Of a stretch of DNA of 45,525 bases, positions 1-7,328 are shown one piece after another. The translations under genes were made by a program, and so were the position numbers. Source of the stretch: Bdellovibrionales bacterium (GTDB lineage Bacteria > Bdellovibrionota > Bdellovibrionia > Bdellovibrionales > UBA1609). The DNA lies in NCBI GenBank assembly GCA_041690295.1, contig JAWLHR010000023.1:1-45525 (forward strand), in the 5' to 3' direction. Below the pieces are notes generated by a model. It was not told the origin of the DNA and made no database searches. It saw nothing but the letters and a program-made list of their open reading frames with translations. Positions within the stretch are counted from its first letter, which is position 1. Each line of letters opens with the position of its first letter.

Positions 1-99
1 CCTTACCAGTAAACAGGATCACGTTGACACGACCGAGGAGGTCGCTTAAATGAAACTGCCACTCAGCTGACGACTTTCAACAGGTCGACGGGCAAGCCC
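1..99 (+). mobile_element. Probable right end of an IS element (IS256-like): last codons of an ORF (...VDTTEEVA*, stop at 47-49) and candidate terminal repeat ACTTTCAACAGGTCGACGGGCAAGCCC
   Basis: The SIR2-like frame downstream has no plausible start and hits an in-frame TGA at 51-53. The EEVA* C-terminus followed by TTTCAACAG...CCC resembles IS256-family right ends from memory. The rest of the element is outside the window. Confidence 0.4.
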
Positions 100-587
100 A
101 TGGACATGACGTCCATCCCATAACTTTCGAGGATTTTTTTAGAGTTTTCCGTCTTAACGAGAACAATTTAGATCTTAAGGTTCGGCTACCTTTCAGTAGC
201 TATCTCCCTTATTTTGAGATTCCTGGTAAACCCGAACGCATGAGACGATACCCAGTTGTCGTACCGCCAACCTGGAACAAAACTGATTATCATGCTGCAC
301 TTTCGGACGTATGGAAAGCTGCTGCTGATGCACTTCGTACTGCGGAGAATGTTTATATAATTGGATATTCACTCCCTCCTACTGACCAATTTTTTCATTT
401 ACTTTGGGCCCTAGGATCAGAAAGTGATGCGATTATTCGCCGAATTGTTGTCATTAATCCAGATAAACAGGCAGCAGAGAGAGTGGAAAACCAACTCGGT
501 CCTCATGCAATTGAGAATTTTTGTTATTACAATTATACCTTCGCCGATGCTAGTTCGACATATAGGACTGAATTATTTGGTGTTTAA
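100..587 (+). pseudogene. 3' fragment of a SIR2-like (SIR2_2-type) protein gene, N-terminal part missing
   Basis: Frame is open from 54 to 587. Motifs VVPPTWNK...W..A...L..A..VYIIGYSLP.TD..F are typical of the SIR2-like C-terminal half. No N-terminal NAD-binding motifs in the window. AT-rich compared with the rest of the window. Confidence 0.6.
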
Positions 588-592
588 AATTC

Positions 593-610
593 TGTCCCCA
601 TTTGTCCCCA
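593..610 (+). repeat. Direct repeat TGTCCCCA-TT-TGTCCCCA, candidate tyrosine-integrase arm-type binding sites
   Basis: Two identical 8-mers with 10-bp periodicity, about 120 bp from a displaced tRNA 3' end. Confidence 0.55.
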
Positions 611-711
611 CGCGGAGTCTATTCCTATCATCATTGATAGATAATCGTGGAAGCCAAGGATTTCCTAAGTTAATGAATTGATTAGATAACATACTAATTA
701 CTAACACTTAC

Positions 712-744
712 TGGTAGCCAACTCCAAACCTGGAGGCCCTACCA
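712..744 (+). other. Candidate att site: tRNA 3'-end fragment CCTGGAGGCCCTACCA (729-744) with inverted symmetry (TGGTAG/CTACCA, CTCCA/TGGAG)
   Basis: T-stem 3' strand, 7-nt acceptor strand and ACCA, with no 5' half of a tRNA upstream. Directly followed by a strong terminator. Confidence 0.6.
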
Positions 745-798
745 AAATGCCCTTTCCAAATCCGGCTGAGAAACGCCGGCATTTGGAAAGGGCATTTT
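744..798. terminator. Long hairpin, intrinsic terminator (18-bp plus 5-bp stem)
   Basis: AAAATGCCCTTTCCAAAT-CCGGC (744-766) pairs with GCCGG-C-ATTTGGAAAGGGCATTTT (775-798). Confidence 0.8.
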
Positions 799-896
799 GT
801 TTCGGTGGCATCCACAGTGGCAATACGGACTTCGTTCGACCGAAATAGCAGGAAGCGATTTCGGCGCGAGACCGGCAGAGCCGGCGGGGCCGAGGA

Positions 897-968
897 TTAG
901 CCATCAATTAAACAACTCAACCTAGATTTTCCCCTCTTGACCGCGAGAGACAAGATCATTCGTTTCAT
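897..968 (-). CDS. Putative 23-aa small ORF MKRMILSLAVKRGKSRLSCLIDG (or truncated gene start)
   Basis: AAGGAG Shine-Dalgarno at 974-979 on the minus strand, 5 nt before the ATG. Too short for the ORF track. Confidence 0.3.
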   Translation of the reverse strand: MKRMILSLAVKRGKSRLSCLIDG

Positions 969-1086
969 AACCACTCCTTAAATAATTTGGGATTACCATC
1001 GCGAGTGGTTATCGCCCGGCCGGTTGCCTCACGTCTCTTGAAGGGTTTGACGTCTTTGCCGAATTTCTGTCAAATGAGGGCTTGAA

Positions 1087-1452
1087 ATGGACCTGAATCA
1101 TATTCAACTTAATACAACGAACCCCGAGGCCTCGGCGGATTTTTACAGCCGGTATTTTGGATTTCACAAAAAGATCAGGAACGATCGCGAAAACGGGTAC
1201 TTTCTCTGGAATAAGGACGGATTCCTGATGTCCATTTTCAAGATTCCTGAAAATGTCCAGTTCCCTTCGTGGTTTCATATTGGATTTCGAATGGACTCCG
1301 TGGAAGAGATCAAAGAACTTTACGAACGTCTGCTGAAGGACGGCTGCAAGATCAACCGTGAACTAAAAATCGAACAGGATTTCACTTTTTTCCGCTGTCT
1401 GGATCCCGCTGGCTACACGGTTGAAGTCTTCTGCGAACCATTACCGGAGTAA
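1087..1452 (+). CDS. VOC/glyoxalase family protein
   Basis: LNHIQL...SADFYSRYFGF, FHIGFR and DPAGYTVEV motifs. Confidence 0.9.
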   Translation: MDLNHIQLNTTNPEASADFYSRYFGFHKKIRNDRENGYFLWNKDGFLMSIFKIPENVQFPSWFHIGFRMDSVEEIKELYERLLKDGCKINRELKIEQDFTFFRCLDPAGYTVEVFCEPLPE

Positions 1453-1941
1453 ATCGAAGTTCATTTCCAAAAGAAATGATCGCAAAAGAAAATAGCCGGC
1501 GATGGATGTCGTGATCCAGATTAAAATTCCGAAAACCAACATCCACCACTTGATGGACTCACCCGCGCGCAAGCCGCGAATCAAATGTCCGAGCGCTAAG
1601 ATGTTCATCACCACCGGAAAAACGATGGACATCAAGGTGCAAAAGAAGAATCTCCGCATATGGCTTTCCGGCGGCAAAGGTTCGGCGGATGAAGCTGATC
1701 GCACCGATTCCATAACTTCAGCCACGATGCCTTGAGCACGGCTTAATTCCGCTTCGGGAACCCAGATGGAAAAACCTTCGAACACCGCCGAAATTCCACC
1801 ATAGGCAAGGTCCACGGTCTCATCGGCGTATTTACGGCTGATATCCCGCTCTCCCGTAACCGCCTCAATGCCTTGTTCGCGTAAAGCATTAATCAGCGCA
1901 TCTCTTTGAATAAGGCTTTCCGCTCGAATCAAAAGTTTCAT
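1441..1941 (-). CDS. DUF2007-like (putative signal-transducing) N-terminal domain with C-terminal transmembrane segments
   Basis: L.NALREQGIEA...IWVPEAELSRAQ pattern followed by hydrophobic helices. Confidence 0.7.
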   Translation of the reverse strand: MKLLIRAESLIQRDALINALREQGIEAVTGERDISRKYADETVDLAYGGISAVFEGFSIWVPEAELSRAQGIVAEVMESVRSASSAEPLPPESHMRRFFFCTLMSIVFPVVMNILALGHLIRGLRAGESIKWWMLVFGILIWITTSIAGYFLLRSFLLEMNFDLLR

Positions 1942-2033
1942 ATTCGACAACCAATTTAGTCGAAACCGAGGAGAAAGCCATCTTATATCGCCATGGCTGT
2001 CGAACTCCTGGACTGGTGATTATTTTATGGGTA

Positions 2034-2061
2034 TTGACCGGTCGCCGCGCTGGTCTACAAT
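2034..2061 (+). promoter_or_regulatory. Sigma70-type promoter TTGACC-N16-TACAAT, near-leaderless for ORF 2070
   Basis: Good -35/-10 match. The ATG is 8 nt after the -10 and has no SD. Confidence 0.5.
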
Positions 2062-2069
2062 AAAAGTAT

Positions 2070-2939
2070 ATGCGGATAATTCTCTTAGTGCTGGCGATGG
2101 CTGTTCCCACGGCTTCAGCCGAAGTTCTCTTCGAGGCCTTTTACAAGATTGAACAGGGCGGCCAACACATGGGCTATATGGTCCAACGCGTGGCTCGTGA
2201 CGGCAACAAACGCACAATCACTTCATATATGCGGGTCAGGCAGGGCGAAGGAGAGGTCTATCAGACGTCTCGCTCGATCAGCCGAGAGCCGTCGTTAAGC
2301 CCTCTGGAAAGCGTACACTCCACAAACACATACGGCACACCCCTACACACAAAGGCCAAATTCTCAAAGAACAAAGTCAATGTGCGCTACACCCGGGCCG
2401 GGGCAAAAAAACCATTCAAAACGGAAACCATCAAACTGGCGCCCGGAGTGATCGCCAACTCTTTTCTTTATCAGCAATGCGACTGCGCCAATCTCAAGCC
2501 GGCAACGGATTACTGGTACACGGCATTCATGGAGGATCGCGGACAAGTCACAACCGGCATTCTGAGCAAGGTGGAGACGTTCGAAAACTCCGGCCTGACC
2601 CTTCATCATTTAATCAACGATTACTCCGGTGTTCCTTCGGAAGTGTTTGTTGGTGGCGACGGGCATGTGGTCGCCGCGCGAAATCCCGGGAACGGATTGA
2701 TCGTTTACTGGGTTCGCACCAAAGATCAGGCCGTAGGCTCAATGGCCTATCCTACGAATGAATTTACGCAAATCTTCGGCGAACTCCCCGAAGGTAAGAA
2801 AAACCCATGGTTCGCGGTCAGGAACTTCGATGCGAAAACCATGGTGGAATCCCGGCCCAAAGCCAGTCCGCGAAAACTGTCCAGCGCCGAAGGTAAGTTG
2901 AAAGGATCCAAACCTCTCCCGGTAAGGAGAAAGAGGTGA
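2070..2939 (+). CDS. Secreted hypothetical protein (beta-rich)
   Basis: Signal peptide (..ASA-E), 289-aa ORF, GTGA overlap with the next gene. Confidence 0.8.
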   Translation: MRIILLVLAMAVPTASAEVLFEAFYKIEQGGQHMGYMVQRVARDGNKRTITSYMRVRQGEGEVYQTSRSISREPSLSPLESVHSTNTYGTPLHTKAKFSKNKVNVRYTRAGAKKPFKTETIKLAPGVIANSFLYQQCDCANLKPATDYWYTAFMEDRGQVTTGILSKVETFENSGLTLHHLINDYSGVPSEVFVGGDGHVVAARNPGNGLIVYWVRTKDQAVGSMAYPTNEFTQIFGELPEGKKNPWFAVRNFDAKTMVESRPKASPRKLSSAEGKLKGSKPLPVRRKR

Positions 2940-3823
2940 TTTGGATTTTAACGGTTTTGATCAGTGCCGCCTCAGCCTTGACCGTGGATCAGGCGACTAC
3001 GTCTTTTTATCTCAATAAAAAAGATAAAAAGGGGCTTTGCAGTTCGGATAATGAGAACGAACTTTTTTATGGCATCGGCCTTTGCCAAACACTGAAGGAA
3101 ACTCTTGAGCAAAAGGAATGTAAATCCGGTGGTCCCTCACCGGCCGCCCTTATGGAAGAAATCAGGCTCCGCTATCTGGGTCAGGGTGCGAAGATTAAAA
3201 AATCCAAGCAACTGGTGAACTCGGACGGCAAGGATCGACGGGAAGAGTCGATCTACATTTCTCAATTCTGCTATGACCCGCCGATTTGGGAAGAGGCGGC
3301 TAAAGACCCCGGTCGCTTTCAACAGGTGATGATGCAGTTTTTTATGGCCGCGGGAATTCTTGAGTCCAATTTGAACTGCTTGAACAACGTTCAGGTAGGT
3401 AACACCGAAGACAAACGGGGAATTTATAACCTAACCAATAGTTTGATGGACAAAGAGGAGTACGCTTGCGGATGTGAAGTCACAAACTCGCAAAGCCAGG
3501 GCGGTGATATTACCGGTCCCTCACCCGGCTCCCGGGACTGCCATCATAGTCTGGGATGTGGCGCTTACATCGCCCTTTACGAGATCGCCAGAGACGGTGA
3601 ACTCTTCGGCGGCACATTGAATGATAAGAATTTACCGCCTAAGGGCGCCGCGAAAATCTTTCGGTCGCTCCTTGCACGGCATCCAAAAGATCAGACCCGT
3701 CGTGATCCAAAGATCGAAGCCATGGAAGAAAAGCTGAACAACTACTGCAAATCCCTCCTTGGCCGCGATGGGAAATGGCGAGCGGACGAAGGAAATCGTC
3801 CGGTGCCCTCGTCGGTGCGATAA
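2936..3823 (+). CDS. Secreted Cys-rich protein with a divergent SLT/lysozyme-like transglycosylase domain
   Basis: Signal peptide. SQFC...FFMAAGILESNLN...RGIYNLT...Y.C...LGCG..I....RDG...GAAKIFRSL resembles the ES / GLLQLS / NL.CG / GAARYW pattern of SLT proteins. Confidence 0.6.
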   Translation: MIWILTVLISAASALTVDQATTSFYLNKKDKKGLCSSDNENELFYGIGLCQTLKETLEQKECKSGGPSPAALMEEIRLRYLGQGAKIKKSKQLVNSDGKDRREESIYISQFCYDPPIWEEAAKDPGRFQQVMMQFFMAAGILESNLNCLNNVQVGNTEDKRGIYNLTNSLMDKEEYACGCEVTNSQSQGGDITGPSPGSRDCHHSLGCGAYIALYEIARDGELFGGTLNDKNLPPKGAAKIFRSLLARHPKDQTRRDPKIEAMEEKLNNYCKSLLGRDGKWRADEGNRPVPSSVR

Positions 3824-3858
3824 GCCAGACAGAATTTCCCTTAACACGCTTGGTTCAT

Positions 3859-3873
3859 GGGGCAAATTACCCC
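3859..3873. promoter_or_regulatory. Palindromic candidate enhancer (UAS) GGGGCAAATTACCCC
   Basis: Near-identical to the reverse complement of 15058-15072. Centre is 49 bp upstream of the sigma54 -24 GG. Confidence 0.6.
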
Positions 3874-3913
3874 CGATTGATGCGTGATATCGCCTGATCA
3901 CGCGGTTCGTTTT

Positions 3914-3929
3914 TGGCACCACTCTTGCT
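3914..3929 (+). promoter_or_regulatory. Sigma54 promoter TGGCACCACTCTTGCT
   Basis: Perfect TGGCAC-N5-TTGC consensus upstream of the RR-HPF-hyp-SDR operon. Confidence 0.85.
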
Positions 3930-3960
3930 CAATTCAAACGCCAAGAAGGGTTTATCATTT

Positions 3961-4410
3961 ATGATGACAACGACTTTTACTGAAACGGCGAAAGGCCGGT
4001 CTCTTCGGCTTTCGCAGCTGCCTAAATCACTTTTAATTATAGAAGATGATCTCTCGGTGATTGAGTATTTTGAAGCTGTCCTCGATCACTTGCGCCCGGG
4101 TCTCGACTTTGATTATGCGACGAGCGCCGAAGAAGCCATGGAGCTGATTCGGAGCCGGGGCAGAATCGGTGAAGAGCCACCTTACAGCCTCGTGATCGCG
4201 GACATTTTTTTAGACGGTGACATGACGGGATTTGATTCTTGGCTGGAGTGCTCGAAAGAGTTTCCGGACATGCCATTCGTGATCACGTCGTCCTTATCTC
4301 TTGATCGATATCTGGCGATCCTCAGCGGGTTTGATAATTGCCCCACATTCCTGCCCAAACCGCTGACGGTGGGACGCTGCAAGGCCGTAATTGAAGAGTA
4401 TTTAACTTAA
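3961..4410 (+). CDS. Single-domain response regulator (REC)
   Basis: LLIIEDD, LVIADIFL (phosphoacceptor D), VITSS and FLPKP. Confidence 0.9.
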   Translation: MMTTTFTETAKGRSLRLSQLPKSLLIIEDDLSVIEYFEAVLDHLRPGLDFDYATSAEEAMELIRSRGRIGEEPPYSLVIADIFLDGDMTGFDSWLECSKEFPDMPFVITSSLSLDRYLAILSGFDNCPTFLPKPLTVGRCKAVIEEYLT

Positions 4411-4434
4411 ATTTAACGACATTAAGGAGACACC

Positions 4435-4773
4435 ATGACAGCCCGATTCGTATCGCAGGACCTGGAATGGACTGAGTCAATGAAAGAACATGTTCGCCAG
4501 AAAATCATCTACCCGTTGGAAAAATACTTCGCGAACGAAAACTTCCATATCGCCATCCACCTCGATGCGGACCGAAAGCGCATGGACAATCGCAAGCCGT
4601 ATTACGAAATGTGGGCGGTCTTGCAAACCTTTGATGGGCGAAAAGGTCAGGTGATCCGGCGCCAGGGTGAGGACTTTTGGGCTCTGACCAATGAACTTTC
4701 CGCCTGCATGCGATCACAGCTGGCGAAGCAAAAAAATAATAAAAGGGTGAGAGTCGAAGAGAGGTACGCATGA
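4435..4773 (+). CDS. HPF/RaiA-like ribosome-associated protein (divergent)
   Basis: QDLEWTESMKEHVRQKI...LEKYF and EDFWALTNELS..M..QL.K resemble the sigma54 modulation/HPF fold. AAGGAG SD. Confidence 0.75.
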   Translation: MTARFVSQDLEWTESMKEHVRQKIIYPLEKYFANENFHIAIHLDADRKRMDNRKPYYEMWAVLQTFDGRKGQVIRRQGEDFWALTNELSACMRSQLAKQKNNKRVRVEERYA

Positions 4774-4982
4774 AGTCGATCTTCGTCTTACTTTCCGCGA
4801 TCCATTTCATCGTGGAATGGATCACCACTTTGATCCTGGCTCCCCTGATCATCTTTACCGCGTTGGGACTCGTTCTGATGAGCCTTTACTTGGGTCGGAA
4901 AATGCGAAATTCCGCCTTGCACCTTCATGCTCATTGGCGGGCCGCTTCGCGAGGATTGGAAGTTCAGGGTCACGTGGTATGA
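4770..4982 (+). CDS. Small membrane hypothetical protein
   Basis: Hydrophobic N-terminal half. ATGA overlaps with both neighbours. Confidence 0.7.
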   Translation: MKSIFVLLSAIHFIVEWITTLILAPLIIFTALGLVLMSLYLGRKMRNSALHLHAHWRAASRGLEVQGHVV

Positions 4983-5893
4983 AGGTTATTTTGATCACCG
5001 GCGCGTCAACCGGAATCGGGTTGGCCACCGCTGAACAATTACTTTCTGACGGAAACTTCGTCATACTGACGGCGCGCAAGGAATCGCTTGGCCGATTGAG
5101 TGGAACGGAGTTTCTTCGCAAATACCCCAATCATTGGGTGCGCCCCCTGGATGTGCGGGATTCCACCGAGCGACAGCGATTGATGAATGACATTGAACGG
5201 GATCTCTCAAAGCTCGACGTGTTGATCAATAATGCCGCCGTCATATACCGCGCGCCGATCGAGTGCGCCTACGATTTTGAATGTCGCGAACAAATGTTGG
5301 TGAATTTTCACGCGCCTTTGGAGCTGATCAAGGCCGCGGTTGGCCTCATGAGGAAAACAGGCGGCGGACATATTATCAATGTTTCGTCCGCGGCCGGATT
5401 CCTGGCGATTCCGACCATGGGTCTTTATGCGGCATCGAAGCACGCGTTGGAAGCCGCCAGCGAGGCGCTTTACCATGAACTCAAAGATCAGGGGATCAAA
5501 GTGACTTTGATCGAACCGGGATTTATCTCATCCGACTCTTACTTGAAAGCCCGGCTGAGCCTGGCCTTGGATCGCGGTAATAATACAAACGCTCAGTCCT
5601 ATACGTCGTTGAGCAACACCATCACCTGTCTGATCGATCGCGCCAGCCGCTGGACCCACGCCACGCCGGAGATGGTGGCGGTGACGATCAAAAAGGTCAT
5701 TGCCATGAAACGTCCTCCGTTGCGTAAACCAGTAACATTAGATGCCAAGGTCTTCGCGCTTTTGAAACGGTTTTTACCTGGCCGCCTTTATGACGGTCTT
5801 ATCGAATATTGTTTGAAATGCATTCACAAACAGCTGACGAACGCTAATCAAAAACCGGCGCCGAATGCTGGCCAGGTTCCTCTTCAATTTTAG
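4979..5893 (+). CDS. SDR family NAD(P)-dependent oxidoreductase
   Basis: TGASTGIG, NNAA and YAASK motifs. True start is ATG 4979. Confidence 0.92.
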   Translation: MKVILITGASTGIGLATAEQLLSDGNFVILTARKESLGRLSGTEFLRKYPNHWVRPLDVRDSTERQRLMNDIERDLSKLDVLINNAAVIYRAPIECAYDFECREQMLVNFHAPLELIKAAVGLMRKTGGGHIINVSSAAGFLAIPTMGLYAASKHALEAASEALYHELKDQGIKVTLIEPGFISSDSYLKARLSLALDRGNNTNAQSYTSLSNTITCLIDRASRWTHATPEMVAVTIKKVIAMKRPPLRKPVTLDAKVFALLKRFLPGRLYDGLIEYCLKCIHKQLTNANQKPAPNAGQVPLQF

Positions 5894-6530
5894 CGCCGGG
5901 AACCATGTATTTCGTCATATTTGGAATGTCCTGGCGCAAATAATTGCTCTCAACGAAATCCCAATTGATGTAATCCCAAACACCATCGACAAATCGCGGT
6001 CTCTCGTTCTTGTAATCCAGATAATAGGCATGCTCCCAGAGATCGCATGTCCAAAGCGGCCGGACACGGTCATAGCGTAAGGGGTTTCCGGCATTTTGCG
6101 TGGAGATGAACTCCATCTGGTTTTTACCGTTAACGGTCAACCAGACATAACCCGATCCGAACACACCGGAGGCCACTTCAATGAACGCCTTCTGCATTCC
6201 CTCGATTCCGCCGAAACTCGCGTCGATGGCCTGATTGAACTCGCCACCGTCATCCGGCATAAGCGATTTCGACGTTTCACACAGCCCGAACCAAAAAAAC
6301 GTGTGATTCCAAGCCTGAGCGGCGTTGTTATAAAGAACGCCATCGTGATTTTGAATGATCCGTTCCAGAGGCCCCTCGTCGGATCCCATTTTTTCCAGTA
6401 TTTGGTTGGTCTTCTCGATGTAGCCTTTATGGTGGGCCCAATAGTGGTACCGCACGGTTTGAGCCGACATAAACGGCTCAAGCGCGTCTTCTTTCCAGGG
6501 AAGGGCCGGTAATTGAAACTTCACCCGCAT
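5844..6530 (-). CDS. sodB: Superoxide dismutase, Fe/Mn family (Fe-type signature)
   Basis: LP.LPW..DALEP, HYWAHH, NNAAQAWNHTFFW and DLWEHAYYLDY. Confidence 0.92.
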   Translation of the reverse strand: MRVKFQLPALPWKEDALEPFMSAQTVRYHYWAHHKGYIEKTNQILEKMGSDEGPLERIIQNHDGVLYNNAAQAWNHTFFWFGLCETSKSLMPDDGGEFNQAIDASFGGIEGMQKAFIEVASGVFGSGYVWLTVNGKNQMEFISTQNAGNPLRYDRVRPLWTCDLWEHAYYLDYKNERPRFVDGVWDYINWDFVESNYLRQDIPNMTKYMVPGAKIEEEPGQHSAPVFD

Positions 6531-6535
6531 TGATC

Positions 6536-6814
6536 TTATGACCTGCGACGGAAAAGAGTGGCGCCTAAAAACATTCCCAGTGCCAAACCGCCCAGCGCCG
6601 TTTGAACCGGATACTCACGCGCCATTTTCAGCGTTTTCCGCCGGGCCTGCGACATCAGGTCGTTTCCAGCCTCGACCGCGCGGTGGTAAACTTTCTGTGC
6701 CGTTTCCGCGAGCCGGCTCGCGCTGGCGCTGGCTTCGTCAGTCACTCTTTCCGCGGTCCGCTTCCATTTGCCGTTGCCGCCGGTTTCCGTGGGGTTTCCC
6801 AATCCTTCTTGCAT
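6536..6814 (-). CDS. ElaB/YqjD/DUF883-like tail-anchored protein
   Basis: Helical N-terminus, then REYPVQTALGGLALGMFLGATLFRRR. GGAG SD. Confidence 0.8.
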   Translation of the reverse strand: MQEGLGNPTETGGNGKWKRTAERVTDEASASASRLAETAQKVYHRAVEAGNDLMSQARRKTLKMAREYPVQTALGGLALGMFLGATLFRRRS

Positions 6815-6862
6815 CTTGCTCTCCCTTCGTTGACCAAAGTTAAAGATTTATCTCCATATTCA

Positions 6863-6878
6863 AGCAAATGCCTGGCCA
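6863..6878 (-). promoter_or_regulatory. Sigma54 promoter TGGCCAGGCATTTGCT
   Basis: GG-N10-GC with TTGC, upstream of the DUF883-sod unit. Confidence 0.75.
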
Positions 6879-7040
6879 GCAGGATCGCCGCGCAAAACGC
6901 AGCAGGAACTGCGTTTGTTTACAAACGTTCAAGGTTGACTCGTGGAGCGTGTGATTCTTGAACTTTAAGTGGACTTTCCGCGACTCTCGCAGTAGATATG
7001 CCGTAAAACAATTTTAATCTTTATAGAGGTAGAGGTTAAT

Positions 7041-7328
7041 TTGGAGACCGAAATTTCTATTCCTGACGAAATCCGCAAGAAATACCTCCAGAGGAGAAGA
7101 AACGATTTGGTCGCCTTGAAGGCTTCACTCTCCACCCGGTCCCTTGAAGAATTTAAACGCATCGGCCATCAGCTCAAGGGCAATGCCGCGTCGTTTGGAT
7201 ATACGGACCTGGAAAAAATAGCGATCGCCATGGAAGCCGCGGGATTACGCGGCGACACTTTCGAAGCCGGAAAACAGCTGGAACTCTTCGAAAAGTGGAT
7301 TCAAGACCACCCTATTGAGGGAGAGTAG
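7041..7328 (+). CDS. Hpt (histidine phosphotransfer) domain protein
   Basis: RIGHQLKGNAASFG motif. TTG start with GAGG SD. Confidence 0.9.
   Translation: METEISIPDEIRKKYLQRRRNDLVALKASLSTRSLEEFKRIGHQLKGNAASFGYTDLEKIAIAMEAAGLRGDTFEAGKQLELFEKWIQDHPIEGE

Noticed and set aside
712..744. Intact tRNA gene
   Set aside because: No D-arm, anticodon arm or canonical TTCGA loop. Only the 3' 16 nt are tRNA-like.
701..907. 68-aa minus-strand ORF from the track
   Set aside because: Runs through the terminator and att sequence. Its LVGPPGLE end is the typical translation of a reverse-complemented tRNA 3' end.
4817..4978. N-terminal extension of the SDR in the ORF track (likewise 3913, 8814, 8881, 15024, 25873, 35863, 42655, 44731)
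   Set aside because: Downstream starts fit SD sites, overlaps and domain boundaries better. Several of the extensions run over promoter motifs.
6904..6919. Sigma54-like site AGGAACTGCGTTTGTT upstream of hpt
   Set aside because: The -12 is GT, and the site is about 120 nt from the start codon.
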